From: Oopsacas minuta
Taxonomy: Eukaryota; Animalia; Porifera
NCBI GenBank assembly: GCA_024704765.1
Contig: JAKMXF010000318.1
Coordinates: 186,001-250,000, forward strand
Reading direction: 5' to 3'
DNA: 64,000 bases
Position 1 is the first letter of the stretch. Each line of letters starts with the position of its first letter. This document shows, one piece after another, positions 20,920 through 31,000 of the stretch. Under the pieces are notes generated by a model. That model did no database searches. It had not been told where the DNA came from and saw nothing but the letters and a program-made list of their open reading frames with translations. A program made the position numbers and the translations under genes.

Positions 20920-23900
20920 ATGTCACTAGGAGATAGAAAATATTTCGAACCTCGAGATGATGACAATCTTACAGGTCTAGCAGAACTCACTACTGAAACC
21001 ATCTTACAGGCCGTGAAAAACCGTTATTTGGATGACAAAATATACACACATATTGGAGAGATATTAATAAGTGTAAACCCATTCAAATCTCTTCCGATCT
21101 ACTCCCAGGATATCGGGATCCTTTGTAACCAAATTGTACAGAACCCTGTCGCAGGCGGACAACTCGTACCGCATATATTCAATGTAGCTTGCAAATTATA
21201 CCACACTATGTACCATACTAAAAAGCAACAGGTTTGTGTTATTAGCGGTGAAAGTGGAGCTGGTAAAACGGAATCTGCGAAATTCGTTATACACCAAATT
21301 GTCAATGAGTGCATTGCTAGTGGTGCTAATGCAGCGACCCTCTCGCATAAGATTTTGATGGTAAATCCTATCCTTGAAGCTTTTGGCAATGCACAAACTC
21401 TTTTCAATGATAATAGCTCACGATTTGGTAAATATATTGAACTGACATTTGACACTAATCGAGTAGTGACTGGTGCAAAAATGGCACAATATTTGCTTGA
21501 GAAATCTAGGATTACATTTCAAGCTGTCGGAGAACGTAACTTTCATGTTTTCTACTACCTTCTAGCTGGAATAGCTAAGAGTAAGAGGAAGGAATTATTC
21601 TCAGAAATTCCAAAATCTTATAATTTTATTTATCTATCAAATTATCGTTTTTCTGATAACGATTTTACCTTAACGGAAAGTTTGGCGAATTTTCACGTTC
21701 TTTGTGACTGTTTGGATGCGATTGGGTTCGAGAAAGGTGAGATTATTGATATATTTCGCGTTTTAGAGTTAGTCCTCCATATTGGTAATGTTTCATTTTC
21801 TAAATCAGATCAAGCAGAAGTGAAAAACTTGACTCAAATTAATATATTGTCAGAACTCCTTGGTATAGAACCCTCCCATATAATCCAAGCACTAACTGTC
21901 TCGGTAAATACCGCGAGAAATGAAACTATCACAATTCCATACAATTCGCGAAAAGCCCTAGATGTGAGAGACGCGACAGCTAAAGCACTTTATGAACGAA
22001 CTTTCGCGTGGATTGTATATCGAATCAATGAGTCACTCTCCCCCTCGCCACAGCACAACATTAACCAAATAGGTATACTCGATATTTTTGGTTTTGAGTG
22101 TTTCCAAAGAAACGGATTTGAACAATTTTGTATTAACCTAGCCAATGAACAACTCCAGCATTACTTCAACCAGTATATATTCTCTATGGAGCTAGACGAG
22201 TACCAGAAAGAAGGTTTAGGAGGAATAGAAGTAAGCTTCAAGGACAATTCAAACATTATAAACCTATTTCTAAATCGTCCTTACGGTTTGATATCTCTTC
22301 TGGATGAACAGACTCGTTTCCCAAAAGGCAATGACAGTGGTTTGTTACAGAAATGTAAAGAGAATATAACTCGCAATAAAGCATTTATTGCTGACTTAGG
22401 AGATGAACCATTTTTCACAATCAAACACTATGCAGGAAATGTTCGTTACACTCTAACTGGTTTTATTGAAATTAATCGTGATACTCTACCTAACAATATC
22501 ATAACTCTATTACAGCAATCTCCGTGTCAGCTGATTTCACACATATTCACCTCAAATCCATCAGAAGTGGACCCAAACACCCTTTTAGCCCCCTCTAGGA
22601 GAGGCAGTAGGTTGTCCATGAGACGAGGATTGAGTGGGATTAGGGGTGGGGGTTCTGTCAGGAGGACATGGGGAGCAGCTAATGATTCGACGAATTCAAT
22701 TGCAGTCAAAGCTAAACCAAATTCTAAGACATCTGTAGCAGGACAATTCAGAAAATCTCTTGAATGGTTAATGGCTAAGCTCTGCTCTGCTAATCCACAT
22801 TTTATCCGGTGTATTAAACCGAATCCTAACAAATTACCGAATACATTTCAGAACGATTTCGTTGCTAACCAGCTCAGCTACACAGGCACCCTAGAGACAG
22901 TAAGAGTTAGGAGGGAGGGCTATTCATATCGACCTCTCTTCTCAGAATTTGTTGATATATACAGTTCTATTGCTTACCCATTCTTAGAGAAAATTAAACC
23001 AAACGCAAACGTTTGTCTTAAGATATTAGCTAAAGTTGGTTTGACAGAATTTAAAATTGGTCGATCAAAGATTTTTCTCAAATACTTCCATCAAGACCAT
23101 CTAAATCGAGTTTTAATAAATATGAATAAACACGCTATAACTCTACAGAAACACTATAGAGGATATATAACTAGAAAACAACTCAAAGGTATTTATACTG
23201 AAAGATCTAAACAGGAAGTACAGCTGACTATATTTCTTAATTCTATAATGAATACTTCTCCGTTTATATTACAGAGACAGCGTACTATGATTGAAGAAGA
23301 TGAGGCTAGGAAAATGAGTAGGATGTTAGCTCTGGAGCCTGCACTTGAGCCTGAGGTTACTCAAGAAGATATAAATTTCGCAGAGGGTATAAAACATACA
23401 GTACTACCAATTTTGAGTAAAAAAGAATTGAAAAAGTTGACAAAGAAGCAGAAAAAAGCGAATAAAACAGCTAAAAAATCGTGTTCCGTTCCGAAAAAAT
23501 CTGAGAAAATAGTAGAACCGAAACCGAAATTATCACACAATACACTACAACCATATATGAAAGAAATGCCACATGGTGAAGTTAATAAGGAACAAATGTT
23601 TATTGCTGTTGACCCTGACTATTTAGATATTTTCCATCAACCAAGTCAATCAGCTGATGAACTCAGTGATAGCACTTCTGAATCAGATTTTTATCTTTCT
23701 GTTATGATACCGCCGACAGCAGCTGGTAATATCCCTAATCCACGTGTAGTTCATATTGGTCAAGTTACTACATTCGATGATGATTACATTCCTATTCTAT
23801 CACCACATGACAATAGTATAGTTACAAATATGTCGGAAGATTTGTATGGGAATGAACCTCAATTCTGCAGGTCTGAATTATTAATTAATGATATTACAGT

Positions 23901-24567
23901 GAATGATAGATTCTATCATTCTGAGGTTCCAACTTCTACACATGAGGAGGCTATTTACTCGAACGTTATACCGAAAAATAAGGTGTCAAATTTGATTAAT
24001 AAATATGAAATTGTTCCACCTATTAAGCCGGGTATTCCACCTAAATCCACTCATGTACGTGCTATGGCTATTAACACATCTCCTGAACAGAGGGAAGTTA
24101 TAGAAGAGAGAGTTATCACTGCACTAGCTAGGGAACAGAGTCTTAGAAGATGGAGGAATAAAGAGATCAAGACTATGCGAGAGGATAATCAACCAGCTGT
24201 GTGGTTTCATGGCATGATACCTCGTGATGTGGCAGAGAATATTCTCCTCCCACTCGAGAACGGGTCCTTTCTGGTTCGACAGAGTGAAAACCGTCTCGGC
24301 TACGCGCTGTCTGTTGGTTTTAATAGAGAAGTACATCATTATATGGTTGAGACATTACCAGGTGGGAGATATAGGCTAAAAGGGTCACAAATTGAGCATG
24401 TTAATCTCCATGAACTTATTTGGTATTATACACATCATATTATAAGTGAAAGATTCCGTGAGAAGCTGTATAAACCAGTTCCAAAGATGGAGGTTATAGT
24501 TACAGAGACGAAGAAGACTCCAAAGTATGTAAAAATTAAAGATCTTTTCAAGCGAAAAAAGAAATGA
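20920..24567 (+). CDS. Unconventional myosin with an IQ motif and a C-terminal SH2 domain (class XXVIII-like); single exon
   Basis: P-loop GESGAGKT, LEAFGNAQT...NSSRFGKY, switch II DIFGFE, FIRCIKPN; IQ LQKHYRGYITRK; SH2 WFHGMIPRDVAENILL...GSFLVRQSE. Confidence 0.92.
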   Translation: MSLGDRKYFEPRDDDNLTGLAELTTETILQAVKNRYLDDKIYTHIGEILISVNPFKSLPIYSQDIGILCNQIVQNPVAGGQLVPHIFNVACKLYHTMYHTKKQQVCVISGESGAGKTESAKFVIHQIVNECIASGANAATLSHKILMVNPILEAFGNAQTLFNDNSSRFGKYIELTFDTNRVVTGAKMAQYLLEKSRITFQAVGERNFHVFYYLLAGIAKSKRKELFSEIPKSYNFIYLSNYRFSDNDFTLTESLANFHVLCDCLDAIGFEKGEIIDIFRVLELVLHIGNVSFSKSDQAEVKNLTQINILSELLGIEPSHIIQALTVSVNTARNETITIPYNSRKALDVRDATAKALYERTFAWIVYRINESLSPSPQHNINQIGILDIFGFECFQRNGFEQFCINLANEQLQHYFNQYIFSMELDEYQKEGLGGIEVSFKDNSNIINLFLNRPYGLISLLDEQTRFPKGNDSGLLQKCKENITRNKAFIADLGDEPFFTIKHYAGNVRYTLTGFIEINRDTLPNNIITLLQQSPCQLISHIFTSNPSEVDPNTLLAPSRRGSRLSMRRGLSGIRGGGSVRRTWGAANDSTNSIAVKAKPNSKTSVAGQFRKSLEWLMAKLCSANPHFIRCIKPNPNKLPNTFQNDFVANQLSYTGTLETVRVRREGYSYRPLFSEFVDIYSSIAYPFLEKIKPNANVCLKILAKVGLTEFKIGRSKIFLKYFHQDHLNRVLINMNKHAITLQKHYRGYITRKQLKGIYTERSKQEVQLTIFLNSIMNTSPFILQRQRTMIEEDEARKMSRMLALEPALEPEVTQEDINFAEGIKHTVLPILSKKELKKLTKKQKKANKTAKKSCSVPKKSEKIVEPKPKLSHNTLQPYMKEMPHGEVNKEQMFIAVDPDYLDIFHQPSQSADELSDSTSESDFYLSVMIPPTAAGNIPNPRVVHIGQVTTFDDDYIPILSPHDNSIVTNMSEDLYGNEPQFCRSELLINDITVNDRFYHSEVPTSTHEEAIYSNVIPKNKVSNLINKYEIVPPIKPGIPPKSTHVRAMAINTSPEQREVIEERVITALAREQSLRRWRNKEIKTMREDNQPAVWFHGMIPRDVAENILLPLENGSFLVRQSENRLGYALSVGFNREVHHYMVETLPGGRYRLKGSQIEHVNLHELIWYYTHHIISERFREKLYKPVPKMEVIVTETKKTPKYVKIKDLFKRKKK

Positions 24568-24717
24568 ATATTAGTACAATTTCTTTATTTTATCCTGTTT
24601 TCTGCTTGCTTTTACCCATTCTGTATAAATTGGTAAACTGTGCTTCTTGATTGTAAATTATGGATTTGTATAATTACGTTGATTTCTTGAACAAAATCTT
24701 CCCAATTTATAGTTTTA

Positions 24718-24867
24718 AAGTCAACTCCCCGTTATATCTAACACGGATATATAGAAGTATTAAATTGTACAAATATGGTCCCAAACCGTCGAAGTATCAC
24801 AAATTTGATTTGTTATATCAAAGTAATCATCGCGGTCCCTTGAGCTTCGATATACGTGAGTTGACTG
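24718..24867. mobile_element. MITE family A copy (opposite orientation)
   Basis: agtcaactccccgttatatc ... gatatacgtgagttgactg TIRs; internal tggtcccaaaccgtcgaagta is the reverse complement of the family core. Confidence 0.75.
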
Positions 24868-24940
24868 TGTTTCATTGTTATATTATCTATTTATACTTGC
24901 AAATAAGAATTCGTATATATATAACTAGAATATCAATACA

Positions 24941-27001
24941 ATGGGAATAGAGATGTCAACCAGCTATGTATCTCTTAGAGAGAACTCTCTATTGAAAGTA
25001 CTAGTTGGTAATATTGCTATTTCAGAAGGGGAAAGTTTTTGGAATGAATTATTGAACTTTTCATTCTCACCTCCTGCCACGATATCTGACAGTAGACTTC
25101 TGACAGATGTCTTACAAGAGTCTCTCTGTTTATTCATGCAAAATGACACACACACGAAACATTTTCTAAGAATTACGAATTGTTTCCTACAACGTGCTCC
25201 TTCTCTTGCTGATGACGTCATGTCTAGAAATGAAATTTATATGCAAAAAACTTTAAATGCGCTTTTTCTAACTAGAATTTTCCTACAATTCTTCATACAA
25301 AACCAGTCACATGCTGAAGTGATAAAACACTTCACTTCTACGATATTACAATCGAAACCCAGTCATAACAGATCGAAATCTGACACCTGTAGGAAAACAA
25401 TCAACTCGGAACCTGCATTTTCACTTCCCCACTTATCACCTGTCATTGCCATACGTCACACGTCACACGTCAAAGCTCAAACAAGCATATACTCGTCAGA
25501 TGAATCATTGCATGTAAAATATACAGAAACTCTATACGAAAAATTAATACAAAGTCTCTTCATTATTATAACAGAAGTGGAAATAAAACCAATCACAATG
25601 TCAATACATTTAGAAGCTCTTAGATTCTCACTTGTTATCCTTGGTACACAGTTATTCTCTAATGACCTCAAATCTGACAAAGATATGTTTATTAAGACTT
25701 TCTTATCTTTGAAGAATTCTATTATTATCGAAGTTGTTATACATTTATTGGAGAATATTACTCGATTTTCTAACAATACGAATGTAATACAAAATGAGCC
25801 GAATTCGTATTTATCTTTTCTCCCTGGATATTCATGGATATTTGGTGGAAACGCGGAAGATAACACTTCTGAGATAGCTCGACCTATACCAAATACAGAA
25901 GAATTAATTAGCAAACTTAGTACACATCTTTTATTAGTATTAATATTACAAAATCCTCTCTCTAATTGTACAGTAAATTCTTATAGGAAAATATTCTCTA
26001 ATTTTAAGGATTTCTCAGATTCTCCTTCAGTTTCTAATCCAGGTTTAGTGACAAGTTATCAACGATTATACATATCTATCTGCGGTTATTTACACCAAGA
26101 AGAAGCGGTCTTATTGCTGTATCAAACTCTACTTAGACATTCTGCAATGAAAAGCTTTATTTGGTCAAAGACAGAATTTTCCCCTTTGTTACTGCCTCTA
26201 CTCGAAACCCTCTATTCTGCGGAATCCACAAGTTTACACCACATATACATGATATCTATAATTATCCTTATGCTCTCACAAGACACTGGTTTCTGTTCAT
26301 GCATCCACACACAAATAATCAGTCACATACCTTGGTATAAGGAGAAGAAATTAGTTAATATTTCTCTCGGAAGCTTGTTGGTTTTGAGCTTATTACATTT
26401 ACTGATTACAAATATAACTCATTTGAAAGACCAATATATTCATACCAATTGTTCTGCTATTCTTGCTAATATCGCTTCTAAGATACAGAATATACACAAT
26501 ATACCCTCACAGAAATTAATCAATGTTTTTGAAGCTATCGCGAAAAAGTATCTATACAGTAAGAATAGCGATGGTATTTCATTGTTAGAGGGAATATTAC
26601 GGATTATACTGGCTCTTATTAACTCTATACTCGCGAATAATTTCACTTTGAATACTCAGCTAGTATATACTCTTATCTATAGGAAAGAAGTTTTCTCGAA
26701 TTTCCGTACACATCCAGAATTCTGTATGTTAACTCAAAATATATTCTCTGTGGTTGATTTCTTTGAGTCTCAACTTAAGATACACGCGGTTTTTAACACG
26801 TCAGAGGAAGGGTTAGAGATTTTAGGTGATTTATCGCGAAAATGGCCGGCTGATGGTCTACGTCGCTTTCCAGAACAAAAGTATAAATACTGTGAAGAAC
26901 AAGAGCCTGACGAGTTCTTTATTCCTTATATTTGGACTTTGATTTATAGAAATTCTGGTTTATATTGGCAGCATTCTAAAATCAAATTGATGGTTAATTA
27001 G
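24941..27001 (+). CDS. DYM: Dymeclin
   Basis: MGxxxS myristoylation-type start; FWNELLNFSF...NALFL; SLHHIYMISIIILMLSQDTGF...WYKEK; DQYIHTNCSAILAN; LVYTLIYRKEVF; KYCEEQEPDEFFIPYIW. Confidence 0.93.
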   Translation: MGIEMSTSYVSLRENSLLKVLVGNIAISEGESFWNELLNFSFSPPATISDSRLLTDVLQESLCLFMQNDTHTKHFLRITNCFLQRAPSLADDVMSRNEIYMQKTLNALFLTRIFLQFFIQNQSHAEVIKHFTSTILQSKPSHNRSKSDTCRKTINSEPAFSLPHLSPVIAIRHTSHVKAQTSIYSSDESLHVKYTETLYEKLIQSLFIIITEVEIKPITMSIHLEALRFSLVILGTQLFSNDLKSDKDMFIKTFLSLKNSIIIEVVIHLLENITRFSNNTNVIQNEPNSYLSFLPGYSWIFGGNAEDNTSEIARPIPNTEELISKLSTHLLLVLILQNPLSNCTVNSYRKIFSNFKDFSDSPSVSNPGLVTSYQRLYISICGYLHQEEAVLLLYQTLLRHSAMKSFIWSKTEFSPLLLPLLETLYSAESTSLHHIYMISIIILMLSQDTGFCSCIHTQIISHIPWYKEKKLVNISLGSLLVLSLLHLLITNITHLKDQYIHTNCSAILANIASKIQNIHNIPSQKLINVFEAIAKKYLYSKNSDGISLLEGILRIILALINSILANNFTLNTQLVYTLIYRKEVFSNFRTHPEFCMLTQNIFSVVDFFESQLKIHAVFNTSEEGLEILGDLSRKWPADGLRRFPEQKYKYCEEQEPDEFFIPYIWTLIYRNSGLYWQHSKIKLMVN

Positions 27002-27315
27002 CTATTGATATGCTCTATAAATTATTGTTCTATATTAATTTATACGTATCAATTAATGCATGTGATTCCAGCTATATGATTTCGAATACTGTGTAGCCTC
27101 AATAAACGGGATGCTTGAGACGCCGAAAATGATACCCCATTCCCCGTTTCTGCGAAATTTCCCGCTTGTGGAGGCTCATTTGTATGGGACTAGGAATTTG
27201 CTTTTTTTTGCAATTTTGGGGAGTTTAACACTGTATTTGGTTAAATATCCATGGTCCAACATTCTATAATTATTTTCTACTTTCTAATGAATCTAATCAT
27301 ACTTACTTTAGCATT

Positions 27316-27690
27316 ATGGCAAGCAAACAAGTGAAATCTAAGGACTACGTCGATAGTTCAGACGACTCTGAAGTTGAACCTATCTCAAAAGTTGATAAGA
27401 GGAAGAGAAAAGTTGCACAGACAAAGAATCCTGCAAAGCCTTCAAAGAAAGCCAAAAAAGATTCAAATTCTGAGGATGAATCTTCAAGCGTAAATTCATG
27501 GCCCCTTAGTGCCAAAAGGAATGTCACTATAAGTGAATTCCGCGGACAGATGATGGTTGATATTCGCGAATTTTATTTGAATGACAGTGGTGAACAGAAA
27601 CCAGGAAAGAAAGGGATAAGTCTAAGTATTGAACAGTGGGAGAAACTGAAGGAAGTTATACCAGTTATTGACGCTAAATTGGCTGTATAA
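27316..27690 (+). CDS. SUB1: Transcriptional coactivator PC4
   Basis: Ser/Lys-rich N-terminus; KRNVTISEFRGQMMVDIREFY...KPGKKGISLSIEQW. Confidence 0.95.
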   Translation: MASKQVKSKDYVDSSDDSEVEPISKVDKRKRKVAQTKNPAKPSKKAKKDSNSEDESSSVNSWPLSAKRNVTISEFRGQMMVDIREFYLNDSGEQKPGKKGISLSIEQWEKLKEVIPVIDAKLAV

Positions 27691-28058
27691 TTCTTAATAT
27701 CTTGTTACATATGTCATCCTTAAATTCAGAATTATTCAGTTTCTATTGGAAATTATAATTAAAATAGATTCTTTATTTCGTAATAAAAGCAACGTATCTA
27801 CTACTAATTATACTACCTATGATATCACGTAATCTCAGCATGAATATGTGTAATGCACAACATATGTAATTAGGTATTATTTACAAATACTCACTTAGTT
27901 GGGCGATTATCCGACCAAGAGACAAATATGCAGTATATTCCGCTCAATACGGTCACATCATCTATTTTTATGATGTCTAAAATTAATATTATATAAATAT
28001 GTTCAACTATTCTAATGTTATTCATTGTTTTTAGCTATTTTGAAGGAATACAGTAATT

Positions 28059-31000
28059 ATGAGGGAAATTCTTTACACAGTTTTAATCCTGCTGTCACTT
28101 GTTATAACAACAGAATCCACTTACATAACAGCTGGAAGATGGTTAGATGAGTTCACATTCAACCCTAAATACAGTACAAATAAGATTGTTAAACACTCTC
28201 TTACGATAGCAGCTGGATCTACAGTCAGTTGTATTTATTATTTAATAATTCTAATACACAACTAATGAGTTAGTATTTATAATTATTGCTACTGAGGACC
28301 TTGAAATGGGAACTGAGCTGTAATATCTGGTGACATGTTCTGCTGGAGCTCTCTATGTGTTGAAAACTGGTTTGGAGATATTGCTGGGAAATGATCTGTA
28401 GGGGAGTAGAGAGTATAAGCACCAGATTCTTGGGCACAGGGATATTCAGTGTCCATTGAGAATGAATGTCTTTGTGAGGTCATAATCTTCAGCTTAAAAT
28501 GGTTTATTATCCCAAGTTTTTGGCAGAACTGTCTAGTTTGTGGATTTTCGTTTGGTCTGTATGCCATGTCAAACGGTTCAACTGTTTTCACGAAATTCTG
28601 CGGTATAGTCAGATCATGATTAAATAGTTTTCGTATATCCTCCATTTCTACATCAGTTGGTGTGAATATCCACCTGTCTCCTAATCTTTGTGTCGGTTTA
28701 ACCCACTTGACCTCTGTCACTGGGTAGAACTCATGTGTAGATTTTAAAATGGAAAGCCATTCCGCATCATAGGTTAATATTTTATCACCTTCACTGCTGG
28801 GTAGGGTTAAAACTTGTAAGAAATGTTTTCCAGGTAGACATTTACTGAGTGCGAGGAATTTTGTGAATTTTTGCGGTTTGTCTGTTGTTTCTACTTTTTG
28901 CCTTTTCGCGTCGGACAAATTATCGCATTCTTTAGAAGACACTGGTTGTTCGTGAGGTACTAAAGCCGCGAATTTACAATGTAAATGAGCTGCGAACCAA
29001 TAATCCGGTTTGAGTGAGTATATCAGCTGTTCACTATGTGGATTCCCTAATTCTCCTTTCTCTATGTCTGAGTGTAAATATGGTTTAAATCTGACCAGTT
29101 TATTTCTATCTCCAAAATCTGTGATATGATTCGGCCAGTCATGAGTCATAAATACCTCAATAGGTCTCCTAACTTGTTTCAACTGAAAAATCTCGAAATT
29201 TCGCGTATGATAAAAACTCCTCTTCGTGCTTTCATTGAATGGCGGTGCTTCAAAATGTCCTTTATAGAAATCGTGATAACCATAAATACCTGATAGACCT
29301 CCAATACGGATTCCACCGAAATTCACAACACCCGCAAATCCCAAATAATAAATATTAGGTGCTGCCCATCCACCATGACCTAGCTCCCAAAGGTAGTTAG
29401 CTGCTTCATGATTCCCTCCGATAAATATAGTCAATACGGGAGCTACCTTCTCTCCTGTATAATATTTATAGAATGTTCCCATGTTTCTGTATTTAAGAGG
29501 TACAGACATTGAGTCTAGGTCAGCTGGACATCTGACTGCTTCAAAGTCTCCACAACATAGTAGCAGGTCTATTTCTATGTTATTCTCCTTCTGTATGTAA
29601 TCTATAGTGGAGTATATATTGTCTAGCTCTCCATGACAACAGCCCTCAATAGCTATAGTGAGTGACATCTGTGACATAAAAATCAATTAGCAAACACGAA
29701 TAAAAATTTAGAAATAAATTTTTTCTGAAAACAGTGGTTGCCTATATGCTTTTAGATATATAACCATGGATGGTGGATTTAGGATACTTCATATTATATA
29801 GAAATCCCGCCCTCCAAGCAGATAAACTAATCTACCATCCATGGTTAATATCTAATAACCATAGAGGGAGACAGTTTCGTCATAACGAAGCACCTTAATG
29901 TATAAGTACCAGCAACTAATTTTCGCGAATTCCGTAATAGATATTTATGATTATTTCATTTCAGTATTATTAGCATAGAAAGACAAACAATGTGTAGTTT
30001 TATAAATATATGAATGAAAATATAATTATCAATCCCCCCACTAAAGTATCTTTACATACAATAAGATACAATGAGGATTATGTGAATTAGATAAAATTCA
30101 AACTTGACTAGTCTCAATACCAGCGCTGTCACTGGGTCGTAGTTGCCCTGTTGTTGAAGGTGTTATTGGTCGCGAGCCGGTCTCTTTGGTACGTCGCTTC
30201 ACGACAATGTAGCGCTCTCGTTTAGTAAATTGGATTAACCATATGATTATTCCAATCACAATAATAACAGCAATTCCGGCAACAACACCTGCTATTATTG
30301 GGAATATTAGGATACACTGCTCAAGGGTGGCTTCCGGAAATATGTAAATTTTCTGCGAAATATCAGCTGTATTTAATGTCCCAAGTGTTACTTTTGGAAT
30401 TTCTGGGATTTTCAGGTAGCCTGTCGGCTCAAAAAGGAGAGAGTTTGGAATACGAACTTCTGAACCCAGAGTGAATGAAGAAGCTATAGAGATATACGTG
30501 TTAGAATTCGCGCGTAGCAACTGAACTGTACACACAATTGGCAGACAAATGGCAGTTTGGTTGCATAACTGGAACGAATTGAAAGTTGAAGAGTTATCGC
30601 TTGGTGGTGGTGGTAAGGTTTCGTTTAATCTTCTTGGATTTTCACAGATGAACGACTGTGTGATGTAAGAAATTGAGTTAATTAGAATATCAATACTATC
30701 TTCTGGATCAAAATTAACGCTACAATAACCGCGAATACAGAGTGGCCAGAATATTACAACCCTCATTGACTCACTTGGTAACCAACTTGGTCCACGGTTA
30801 CCCACACGGAATGTGACTTGAAAATCTACACCCGCATAACTACCATCATCCATTTCCTGTAACGTAACACGATCATTACTAGATTTTACTTGGAAAAAGA
30901 GGTCTGATGATGCGTTCAAGTTTATTACTGGCAGAATTTCATTGTTAGCAGGATTCACGTCTATTGATTTTGGGGAAGAAATGTTGAATCTGAAAGTTAC

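Noticed and set aside
27100-27230. GC-richer stretch upstream of SUB1, considered as snRNA/tRNA/SINE
   Set aside because: No cloverleaf, A/B boxes or recognisable snRNA sequence; only a weak hairpin. An Infernal/Rfam search would settle it.
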